From a virus (Duplodnaviria; Caudoviricetes), in the IMG/VR virus record IMGVR_UViG_3300029288_000084, positions 88,933-152,932 of that record: a stretch of 64,000 nucleotides of DNA; one strand, given 5' to 3'. Position numbers and translations under genes: made by a program. Each line of letters starts with the position of its first letter. Position 1 is the stretch's first letter. Below, in pieces: positions 39,544 through 48,280 of this stretch. Below the pieces are notes generated by a model. It was not told where the DNA came from and did no database searches. It worked only from the letters and a program-made list of their open reading frames with translations.

Positions 39544-40248
39544 CTAACTGAAAACTTGAACTTGTAAAATATTAATACTATCTCCACCAGACCCAGCAGG
39601 CCCAGTTGCTCCTGCAGGTCCTGTAGGGCCAGGAATTGTAGATGCCGCACCTGTCGAACCTGTGTGCCCTGTAGGTCCAGTTATTCCTTTAGCTCCTGTT
39701 ACCCCAGTTGGGCCAGTTGGTCCTACAATTCCACTTGTTGCACCAGCTGGACCTGTGTGTCCTGTGGGTCCAGTTATTCCTGTTGCTCCTTTAGCTCCCG
39801 TTGTTCCTTTTGCTCCTGCTGCTCCTGTAGGTCCAGCTGGACCAGTTGACCCCGTATGTCCAGTAGGACCTAATCCACCTGCAATTCCCGTTGAACCCTT
39901 CACCCCAGTAACTCCTGCTGCTCCAGCAGATCCTGTGGAACCTTTCAATCCAGTAGGACCTGTAGGCCCAGTTGATCCAACTCCTGCTGGACCAGTTGGT
40001 CCAGTTACTCCAGCGGGTCCAGTTGGTCCAGTTGCTCCTGCACCAGCAGAATATGGATCGTAAGCTATATAATCTATCCCATCTCCAGTTTCATTCACCA
40101 CAACCATATAGCCTTCACGGCCACCAAAAGCAGGAACTCCACTTAGACTAGAAAGAGAAAGAGGAGGAATAATTTCAATAGGAAGTAAATCTCCTTCTCT
40201 AAATTCTTCAAATATTCCACTATAAAGTGCTAAGGGCCATTTAGTCAT
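39544..40248 (-). CDS. Collagen-like fibre protein
   Basis: About 50 consecutive Gly-X-Y triplets, mostly GPT/GAT/GST/GVT; C-terminal LQVQVFS. Confidence 0.9.
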   Translation of the reverse strand: MTKWPLALYSGIFEEFREGDLLPIEIIPPLSLSSLSGVPAFGGREGYMVVVNETGDGIDYIAYDPYSAGAGATGPTGPAGVTGPTGPAGVGSTGPTGPTGLKGSTGSAGAAGVTGVKGSTGIAGGLGPTGHTGSTGPAGPTGAAGAKGTTGAKGATGITGPTGHTGPAGATSGIVGPTGPTGVTGAKGITGPTGHTGSTGAASTIPGPTGPAGATGPAGSGGDSINILQVQVFS

Positions 40249-40255
40249 TTATTCC

Positions 40256-41731
40256 TCATATATTTTGTTCCTGTGAATAATGAAAAACAGTAATTGGAAA
40301 ATTTTGGAATATCAATCCTTTAGGATGCATTATTCCAACTTCTTGTGAAAAACCACCAATCTGTGTTCCTTGATATTCACCATTATATGCTACAATGCTT
40401 ACATAACCATTATGAGATAAAAAGTATCTTTTGCCTTCATATCTGTAATTTTTTCCTGTATCATAAGGATCAGATAAATCATCAATATCTAAATCAGGAT
40501 CTAATGGATCATGTTCTGCGATACAAACATTTTCATTTAAACCATCTGTCCAAACAGTAACTTGAGCCCCTGGAAAAGTATCAAATTTTACATACCCATC
40601 TGCTCTTCTATTTTCACCAGAAATTCTAGGTGTTATTGCTTGTTGAGCTTCAGTTAAATCTAACCAAGGATCATCCAAACCACCAACAAATCTTGGATAT
40701 TCACAATCTGCTTTTTCTACACAAACAATTGATTTTGAAGTAACTGGATCAATTCCATAATAAACGTGAACTAATTCACCTTTGTATAGTTGTTCTGCAG
40801 CAGTTCCAACCAATCTTACTGCATTTATTAATTGACCCCAAATACAAGCTAATTCTTTATCAATTGCTTTTAATATTTCTGCAATGTAAACTGATTGAAT
40901 TTTTTCAGCAGCATTCTGGGCTTCAAATTGCATTAATTTTTGAGCTTGTATTTGATCCTCAACTTTTGTGGGATCTAAGTTGTAATCACTAAAAATTGAA
41001 TTTGAATCTTCCTCAGTATCATTTTGTCCATTAATATGCGAATTTGCTGCAACTTCTTCTGTTACTTTTTTGACTTCATTTTTTACAGATTGAATAATAT
41101 CATTTATTGGTAGTTTTGCAGGAACATATGTAATCGCATTTTTATAGTAATCAGTTCCAAAATTTACGCCTTGTTCAGCAGATAGATCTTCCCATCCTGC
41201 TGGTTGATATTCAACAACAGGTGTATAAGAATAATTGATACCAAGATTTCCCCAGCAATTCCATCTACAACTTTCACATTGGCATCCGTATTTAGCAGCA
41301 GGAATTGGGGGTGGAATACACAACCCGCAAGTTTTTTGATACCCTAATAAACACGTATATGTTGTAGGTTCTTCTTCTCCAGGTTCACTTTCTCCAATAA
41401 GTAAAAGCGTTGCATTGAGATTTGTAATGTTCGTACTTGTTACTGTTACAGTAGTTGCTAGAGCATAATTTTCTGCAGTATATGATTCTTCGTATGTTCC
41501 TTTGCCTACATTATTATACCATTCATTTTCATAAGTTCCTACCCCACCATCAAAAAACATAATGACATAACTACCAGCAGGAACAGTTGCTGACCAATCT
41601 CCATTTTCATCAGAAAAAATATCACCTGTAGCAACATAATCTTCAAAATAAGTCCCAGCATTCATTACCAAAATTTGAAAATCTGGTACACCTACACCAG
41701 ATGAATTAGTTAATTTTCCTGATATTGTCAT
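40256..41731 (-). CDS. Structural protein: N-terminal Ig/carboxypeptidase-regulatory-like domain, Cys-rich linker, C-terminal beta domain
   Basis: ISGKLT..G, SDENG.W...VPAGSY, EWY; Cys cluster; ADGYV. Confidence 0.55.
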   Translation of the reverse strand: MTISGKLTNSSGVGVPDFQILVMNAGTYFEDYVATGDIFSDENGDWSATVPAGSYVIMFFDGGVGTYENEWYNNVGKGTYEESYTAENYALATTVTVTSTNITNLNATLLLIGESEPGEEEPTTYTCLLGYQKTCGLCIPPPIPAAKYGCQCESCRWNCWGNLGINYSYTPVVEYQPAGWEDLSAEQGVNFGTDYYKNAITYVPAKLPINDIIQSVKNEVKKVTEEVAANSHINGQNDTEEDSNSIFSDYNLDPTKVEDQIQAQKLMQFEAQNAAEKIQSVYIAEILKAIDKELACIWGQLINAVRLVGTAAEQLYKGELVHVYYGIDPVTSKSIVCVEKADCEYPRFVGGLDDPWLDLTEAQQAITPRISGENRRADGYVKFDTFPGAQVTVWTDGLNENVCIAEHDPLDPDLDIDDLSDPYDTGKNYRYEGKRYFLSHNGYVSIVAYNGEYQGTQIGGFSQEVGIMHPKGLIFQNFPITVFHYSQEQNI

Positions 41732-42123
41732 ATGTTCACATTAACTTCTGTTGGATATCTATGCACTGTAGGTCTTGACGGTAAAACATCTGTAATGGTT
41801 GGTAGTGTTGGAACTGCTATTATATCAACTACTGGTAAGATAACTGGAATTGATGCAACAACATTTATTGTTGGTAAAGATGGAAGATGTAAATCAATTG
41901 AAGGAAGTGAAGGAATTTTTAGCATGAAAGAAGATATGCCAAGAATATCCGTAAGCAGAACAAAATCAAGATTTAATGTAATTGTGATAGGACCAATTTT
42001 TACATGTTTTGACATGCCTTGAATTTCATTTACAACAAGACCGTACGAGTATGTTGGTTTTTTGGTGATGGTAATAGGGTTTTCTATTTCTCTTTCACCG
42101 AACGTCGAAATAATTTCAGCCAT
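41728..42123 (-). CDS. Pro/Ile-rich hypothetical protein downstream of gp5
   Basis: Late promoter upstream; PSLPS/PTLPT repeats. Confidence 0.55.
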   Translation of the reverse strand: MAEIISTFGEREIENPITITKKPTYSYGLVVNEIQGMSKHVKIGPITITLNLDFVLLTDILGISSFMLKIPSLPSIDLHLPSLPTINVVASIPVILPVVDIIAVPTLPTITDVLPSRPTVHRYPTEVNVNI

Positions 42124-42146
42124 TTTTCCTCAATGCATTTATAAAA

Positions 42147-42154
42147 TATTTATA
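42147..42154 (-). promoter_or_regulatory. T4-type late promoter TATAAATA
   Basis: Exact match overlapping endonuclease stop. Confidence 0.6.
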
Positions 42155-43094
42155 AAGTGTTTAGACATTTTTCGCAATGTAATTGACGACTTCCAGTTCC
42201 TAAAAATGGTAGATTGCATTTGTTGCAGATCAAATGAAATTTTCTATTATATATTTTTCTGTTTTTTTCTTCCCCCCTTTTGATATCATTTTTACAATTA
42301 TTACATATTTTTTGTGAAGCTCCTTTAGTTTCAAATTTAAGTTGACATATTTGACATATTTTTTTATATTTTATATTTTTCCAAGCCCTATTCTTCGCAT
42401 ATTTTTTTATTGCATTGTTATAACATTGTTTACAACATTTATATTTTTTAAAAGAAAATTTTGTAATATCTTCTGTTCCACAATGTTTACATATTTTTTT
42501 TATATTTGATTCTTGATGTTTTTGTTTAGCATGTTTTTTATGTTTTTTTCCAATACGATATTGTCCATAATTATTTCTACGTTCTTCAGACCAATGACCG
42601 CACATATTTTGTTTAGCAAGTTCAGATTTATGTTTTCCCTTTGCTTTTCTACTTTGGTTTGCTTTTTGTTCTATAGTTCTTTTTTTACCTAAATTATTTC
42701 CCTTCATAACAATATGCATTTTATTTTTATATTCAATATTAGCCCATCTTTCCTTCATTATTTTCTTTTTTAATTTTATTTGTTCTTCTGTACATTTATA
42801 TCCAATTACACCATCACCACCTTTAGTTTTATTATAGCCCCATTCTGAAACATGAGAATGTAATTTTTTAATCCATAAAATTTCATATCTTTTTAGTTCA
42901 TCGATGTTAAAAATATCTTTCAATATAACCCATCTAGCAAAATTTTGAATTCCATATTCTAATATTTTTTTATGAATTAAAATACCAGATCCCCAATAAT
43001 TAGATTTTTGAAGTTCTTCTTCTGAATTTAGTTTAGTAGAATAACCTATGTATTTTCTACCATTAATTAAATTCTCTATGCAATAAATAACCAT
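42150..43094 (-). mobile_element. GIY-YIG/NUMOD3 homing endonuclease (start MVIYC at 43094)
   Basis: VIYCIEN..KYIG, GYNKTKGG, three zinc fingers; AGGAGG SD before 43094. Confidence 0.9.
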
Positions 43095-43215
43095 CTTATG
43101 ACCTCCTATGTCATTTAATAATGTTAAAGGTAATTTCCTACTAATAGGAGTTTCAGAAAAACGGTAGCTATCCGCTGTCCCTTTAACATTATATATAAAA
43201 TTCATTCATTTTATT

Positions 43216-44529
43216 TTAAAAACTACTACGTACCGAGAATGACTTGTGCATGTGAAATTGCATTATGAACGGGCAGATGGAATACCCATTCACACAACCC
43301 TTATCCAAGATAATTTGATTACCCCATATTCTTGACATTTTATGACCTTTGACTAAGAATTCATCTTCAGGTTCAATTGTATAGCACCCCTTTTTACCAA
43401 CAAGATTTTTTGTATTTGATCTCGTTCCAGTTACTCTGCAATAATAGGAACCCTTTACTGTAATATGCTCATTAGCTCCAGTAACACGATGAACACCACC
43501 TTCAACTAAAATATTTGCATTACCTCCTATTTCAGTATATTCAGGTGATGTTGCTTCAACTTCAGAAGATCCTGAACTATCTTTTTTCTTGCTTTTTAAA
43601 ATCCAATCAGGGTCTTCTGGATCATCTACAAGTTCAGAACCTACATGTAAAGCAAAATCACCAGAAATATATTTTATTGAATTTCCTTTCACATACATAG
43701 CTTCTCGACCATAAATTTCTGTTTGTTTGGATTTTTTTACAATAGATCTATCATCACCCCAGATTGTTATGAAACGAGAGTTATTTACAAATTCATATTT
43801 ATTTCTCATATTCATTTCGTAATTGTCATGAACGACTTTTGTTACAGATTGACCATTAGGATGAACTGAAATAAATGTGCCTGATTTATGCCAAACATGA
43901 ACTCTTTCTTTTCCAGGTGTATCATCCATTTCTACTATGTGGCCTGAAATAAAGTCTTTTGGTTCTGTTTCTGTAACTTTGTTGTAAGGATATTCAGCAC
44001 TATATGGTTCTTGAGGTTCTGTATATTTTTGACCTTGATCGGTTGCTTTAACAAAACTGTTAATATCAGTTCCCCGGATAATCAGAGAAGCAATTTTGAT
44101 ATTCTTAACAACTTCTTCTACTTTAATTGGGATAATTGTTTTATCAACATCTCTGTTTGCCGCAAGACGATTCATATCAGGTTCTGGCACTCTATCTGAT
44201 AAAGGATATTCACCTGATGGGTCATTAAACCCAATTGAAGTGTTTGCCACTTCTTGAGGAACACCTGATATAGCTGAAAATACAACCCAACGTTGAAGAT
44301 CTTCATCTTCAGGGAAGCATCTCACCCAACTCCCTTTTACTGGAACTGACCATTGACCAACACCGCTGTTTGCTGAAGATGTAATAGGGTGATCAACATT
44401 TGCCCAAGGCAAATCGTCTGTTGGAACTTGAGACAGCTCATGGGTATGAACACCAAGAACTCTTATTTTAACTCTACCCAGTTTGAGCGGGTCATTATTG
44501 TCTTCAACTACAGCTTTGTACAAAGTCAT
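43216..44529 (-). CDS. gp5: Baseplate central spike gp5 (no lysozyme domain)
   Basis: VVED.NDPLKLGRV.IRV.G.H, LPWA, YPYNKV.ET..GH..E.DDTPG.ER...H.SGT. Confidence 0.92.
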   Translation of the reverse strand: MTLYKAVVEDNNDPLKLGRVKIRVLGVHTHELSQVPTDDLPWANVDHPITSSANSGVGQWSVPVKGSWVRCFPEDEDLQRWVVFSAISGVPQEVANTSIGFNDPSGEYPLSDRVPEPDMNRLAANRDVDKTIIPIKVEEVVKNIKIASLIIRGTDINSFVKATDQGQKYTEPQEPYSAEYPYNKVTETEPKDFISGHIVEMDDTPGKERVHVWHKSGTFISVHPNGQSVTKVVHDNYEMNMRNKYEFVNNSRFITIWGDDRSIVKKSKQTEIYGREAMYVKGNSIKYISGDFALHVGSELVDDPEDPDWILKSKKKDSSGSSEVEATSPEYTEIGGNANILVEGGVHRVTGANEHITVKGSYYCRVTGTRSNTKNLVGKKGCYTIEPEDEFLVKGHKMSRIWGNQIILDKGCVNGYSICPFIMQFHMHKSFSVRSSF

Positions 44530-44906
44530 ATCTTATTTCTCCAATTACTGGGAATATTTATAAGAGTTTTCTGCAGCACATTGTGTAATCCTTTAGCATG
44601 AAGTTTTTTAAGATCCTTTTCAATCTCTTCTGTTGCTTTTTCAAAATCCTCAATTTTATAATGAGCATGCCATTCATTTTGTGCATCAACTCTTAAACCA
44701 TGTTGACCTAATTCTCGATCGTTGTATTGATATCTCTTTTTCCTATCTTTTAAATATTCAGCATATCTTTTTCTATTTTTAATTTCTAATGGTGCTGTTT
44801 TTACAAATGCTGCTGGGTCATCTCTCCAACCATATGATTCAAAACCAGGTATAGATTTGTATGGTTTTAATCTTTCAATTTCTTCAAACAACTTACTAAC
44901 TTTCAT
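44526..44906 (-). CDS. LFE-leader family protein (MKVSKLFEE)
   Basis: Shared leader. Confidence 0.8.
   Translation of the reverse strand: MKVSKLFEEIERLKPYKSIPGFESYGWRDDPAAFVKTAPLEIKNRKRYAEYLKDRKKRYQYNDRELGQHGLRVDAQNEWHAHYKIEDFEKATEEIEKDLKKLHAKGLHNVLQKTLINIPSNWRNKI
44555..44562 (-). promoter_or_regulatory. T4-type late promoter TATAAATA for gp5
   Basis: Exact match 25 nt upstream of gp5 start, inside preceding ORF. Confidence 0.55.
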
Positions 44907-45060
44907 TCATAAACCCCACTTGTTTACTCTCTTTTGTGTATTGTGCAGCAATTATGGTTTCAATATTTGCAATTCGTTTATTGAAACTTAAGAAGAAGAA
45001 AACTTCTTTAATTACAAATAAAATAATGTAGATCAAAAATAAAATTTCTAGTACAGTCAT
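44896..45060 (-). CDS. 54-aa single-TM protein
   Basis: Manual translation MTVLEILFLIYIILFVIKEVFFFLSF... Confidence 0.6.
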   Translation of the reverse strand: MTVLEILFLIYIILFVIKEVFFFLSFNKRIANIETIIAAQYTKESKQVGFMNES

Positions 45061-45131
45061 TTGTTCACTCTTCCTGAGATTATTTTCGTAAGATTATCAG
45101 CATCATTCGAATAGAAAGGTTTGTTATTCAT
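45057..45131 (-). pseudogene. Displaced duplicate of the 3' end of the hub gene (24-aa mini-ORF)
   Basis: MNNKPFYSNDADNLTKIISGRVNK vs hub C-terminus KPFYNSDPNNITKNINGKVNK. Confidence 0.75.
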
Positions 45132-45134
45132 TGT

Positions 45135-45962
45135 TTAGCATCCTGGGCATTTTTTTTGATTAAAACCAGTTCTGATAATTTCTATTCCACAAACACAACA
45201 ATTAATTTTTTTACTCATACTTAACAAAACCTTATTTTTTGTTTCTTCTTGTTGCATCGCTTTTGATATAGCTTGTTTATGTTCTTCGGATTTTGGTTGT
45301 TTCTTTTTTTGTCTAGTTTCTTCAGAATCTTTAATGCCCAGTCTATTTCCATGATGGTGAATATAATATTCTTTTTGTCCTGTTTTTTGATTATTTTTCC
45401 ATTCCAGAGAATGAATTTTTCCTTTTTGTCCCAATCCAATTGATTTTTTATGAGCTTCTGATAATTTTTTTCCTAGTTTAGACAATCTTATTTTTTCAAC
45501 ACTTTCAATTGATTTAGGAACACCAATTAGTTTTTCTCTTATTTTATTTTTTGTAATCTCAGACACAGGTCCATATTTTTGACCCCTTTTTGAATTTGAT
45601 ATCTTCTCTCGAGTTTTTTCAGATACTATATGGCCCTTATTCGAATCACTTAATTTTTTTCTCACTTCGATTGTTGAGTTTACACAGCCATCTCCACCAT
45701 CAGTCAAATTGTAGCCATTGGGGGATTTTGTTTTTAATTTTCTAACCCATAAAATTTCATAAAAATTTGCTTGTTCATTTTTACAGTGAATTAAAACCCA
45801 TTTTTCAAAATTCTCTAATCCATATTTTTGAATTGCCCTTTGAATATAAGTCCCACTACCCCAGTAATTAGATTTTTGAAATTCTTCATTAGAATTATAA
45901 AAAGAAGATTTACCTATATAACATTTTCTATTGATTTTGTTTCGAATGCAATAAATAATCAT
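45135..45962 (-). mobile_element. GIY-YIG/NUMOD3 homing endonuclease
   Basis: IIYCIRN..CYIG, GYNLTDGGDG, NUMOD3 repeats, one zinc finger. Confidence 0.9.
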
Positions 45963-47242
45963 TTATTTACCTTGCCATTTATATTTTTTGTTATGTTATT
46001 TGGATCTGAGTTATAAAATGGTTTTGTAAGCAATACAACTTGTGTGTAACCTTCTGTTAAATTGATCTTGTGTTTAATGCCCTTCATCAAATATTTTCCG
46101 TACAACTTCTCATTTACTGTGTTTTGTTCCCCGCCCATTTGTTCTATTTTTACCAGTGAGCCAGCAAACAATTCACTATCACCGCTCTTGCCAATTACAA
46201 TTGAATTATTGTTCAATATGTTGTAAAGATTTCTATTTCGTAAAAAGATCTTTGATTGATCGTTTATTGCATTTGGAAAGTCAACTCCATCTAAAAGACG
46301 ATCATTTACGTAATCAGTAAATTCATCTACTCGAGCATCTTTATGAACAAAACCATCTACATAGATGCTGTTTTTTCCAATTGTTGTTCCATTCTTATCT
46401 GTAAATTTTTCCCATTCCATTTCTCGTTTCATAAAAGATTTTGTGCCATAATCGAAAGTATAAACAGATGAACCAGTAATACCTTTTCGAATATCCTCAA
46501 TCAAGTCTGTTGTTTTCAAATACATCTGATATTTTGCTACGCCAACGAAAGCAGCAATCGATTCGGCATCAGCATTTCTCAATTGATGAAGAAGAATTTC
46601 TTTTTCAGCTTTCTTTTGAAAAATACCTGAAATAGATTCGAAATTAAAACTTTCTCCATTCTCATAGAACAAATACCCCGAATCCTTTGTAATTGAAGAA
46701 ATAGATCTTTTCATTAGAAATTGAATTGTTTGAAATGGATTCCAATAAGGAATAACAAAATTCATTGAGTTAGCTGTCTTTTCAGTTACTAGTGTTTTTT
46801 TACTTTTTAACTGATCTGTTACAATATTACTTAAAATTTCTGAGGGTGTTTGATTTTTATAAGATTTGGAATATTGCTGTTTGAAATTAGTTAGAAGTTC
46901 TTCTGAAGCAAAGAATAATTGAATAGTTTTGTGTCGACCATTTGAAACATTTTCCATTCCAATTTTTGTGATTATGAATTCTTTTTCATACCAATCGAAA
47001 TCTTCAGAAGTACGGAATTTGATTCTTAGTTTTTCACCGCCTATGATTGGTAGATATTCCTTGACAGAAGTTGTATCAGCAAATGTCATAGAACCTGACA
47101 GTGTAAAATTTGTAATATCTTCTATGATTTCTAATTCAGAGAAATAATTTTCGAATTCTCTTATCTTTCCAGTATGAGATTCTAAATCAATAGAAATTTC
47201 TACTGAAGAGATTTGATTTTCGAAAATATGTTTAAAACTCAT
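45959..47242 (-). CDS. Baseplate hub / tail protein (gp27-like)
   Basis: EDI....SG...D, PIIGGE, VIP.W.P, YLFYEN, G.YL...IKH; synteny between gp53 and gp5. Confidence 0.7.
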   Translation of the reverse strand: MSFKHIFENQISSVEISIDLESHTGKIREFENYFSELEIIEDITNFTLSGSMTFADTTSVKEYLPIIGGEKLRIKFRTSEDFDWYEKEFIITKIGMENVSNGRHKTIQLFFASEELLTNFKQQYSKSYKNQTPSEILSNIVTDQLKSKKTLVTEKTANSMNFVIPYWNPFQTIQFLMKRSISSITKDSGYLFYENGESFNFESISGIFQKKAEKEILLHQLRNADAESIAAFVGVAKYQMYLKTTDLIEDIRKGITGSSVYTFDYGTKSFMKREMEWEKFTDKNGTTIGKNSIYVDGFVHKDARVDEFTDYVNDRLLDGVDFPNAINDQSKIFLRNRNLYNILNNNSIVIGKSGDSELFAGSLVKIEQMGGEQNTVNEKLYGKYLMKGIKHKINLTEGYTQVVLLTKPFYNSDPNNITKNINGKVNK

Positions 47243-47661
47243 TGTTCTTTAATTAATTCCAAGATTTTTTGAACAAGACTTTCTTTTGAAGCAGATAGAT
47301 CTGATTTATACTTTTCAAGTTCATTTTTTATGAAATCTTCATTTTGATGTTCAGAATTTAATAGTAAATAAGATTTAGAATTTGCAGCCAGTTGATTCAT
47401 TCCATATTTTTGTAGCAATTGAGAAATTTTAGTTCTAAGAGCCCCATCTTCAACCTCTTCTCTCAATGCACCCCAGCCATTGATATCTTTTTCTAATTTA
47501 ATAATTGATTTCAGTTTTGACCCTAACTTCTCTTTCATCTTTTTGAAATAGGCTTCTACTTCATCTCTAGTCTTAAAATAAACTGTTTTAGAATCATCTG
47601 CCGTTATGGTTTTAACACCAAATTTCTCTTCTTTGCCTTCAAATAATTTTTTTACTTTCAT
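47239..47661 (-). CDS. LFE-leader family protein (MKVKKLFEG)
   Basis: Shared leader. Confidence 0.8.
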   Translation of the reverse strand: MKVKKLFEGKEEKFGVKTITADDSKTVYFKTRDEVEAYFKKMKEKLGSKLKSIIKLEKDINGWGALREEVEDGALRTKISQLLQKYGMNQLAANSKSYLLLNSEHQNEDFIKNELEKYKSDLSASKESLVQKILELIKEQ

Positions 47662-47870
47662 TTTCCGCCTACTTTTAATTTATTAATGGTTTTTTGAATC
47701 ATGTCAATCTCCTTTTCTAATTCTTTAATTTTATCTTTCTGTCGTAAAGCAGTCAAATTTATATATCTTTTTTCTTTGATTCCAGTTTCAATTGTTTTAA
47801 TTTGTCTTTTTTTTGCATTTATGGCTTTGAGATAAGTAATTTCATTTTCAAACAATTCTTTTACTTTCAT
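47658..47870 (-). CDS. LFE-leader family protein (MKVKELFEN)
   Basis: Shared leader. Confidence 0.8.
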   Translation of the reverse strand: MKVKELFENEITYLKAINAKKRQIKTIETGIKEKRYINLTALRQKDKIKELEKEIDMIQKTINKLKVGGK

Positions 47871-48280
47871 TTTAACTCCTTAATATTTTTGATCACAACA
47901 CTTAAATATGTTGCCCTCAGTATTTTTATTTTTCGATGTGTTTCGTTAGATGTAATAAGGGTTTGAAGTTTGGCATAATAAGTTGGATAATCAGTTTCCC
48001 ATGTTGGAATTAATTTCTTTGCCCAAGCTTCTAACTGCATATAAGAAAGCGGCCAATCAAAAAATGGATCTTGTATCTCATTGAATAGTAAAATCAACCA
48101 CCACCAAGCAGTAGATTCATAAAACTTATCAGCGAGATCCTCTGGTGTTTCATTATCTTGAATGTAATAATTTTGATAAAATCTTACATCATTTTTGAAA
48201 GTGTCAAGAAATTTAAATCGTTTAAAAATATCTGTTACTTCAATTTCATCATAAAATATCTTATCTGTTAACAATTTCAT
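47867..48280 (-). CDS. gp53: Baseplate wedge subunit gp53 (LysM)
   Basis: DIFKR, ETPE.LA..FY....WW.ILL.N...DP..DWP. Confidence 0.9.
   Translation of the reverse strand: MKLLTDKIFYDEIEVTDIFKRFKFLDTFKNDVRFYQNYYIQDNETPEDLADKFYESTAWWWLILLFNEIQDPFFDWPLSYMQLEAWAKKLIPTWETDYPTYYAKLQTLITSNETHRKIKILRATYLSVVIKNIKELK

Noticed and set aside
39662-40063. Plus-strand 133-aa PVGPV-repeat ORF
   Set aside because: Antisense shadow of the collagen repeat
42150-43205. 351-aa endonuclease start at 43205; group I intron around the endonucleases
   Set aside because: SD and family alignment support the start at 43094; flanking genes are uninterrupted and no intron core was recognisable
45959-47242. Hub N-terminus MSFKHIFEN as an LFE-leader member
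   Set aside because: Only partial match on a core baseplate protein; likely chance
20101-47870. LFE leaders as a CRISPR array or integron attC cassettes
   Set aside because: Irregular spacing, variation mainly at synonymous or free codons, no palindromic attC structure, no cas or integrase gene in the window
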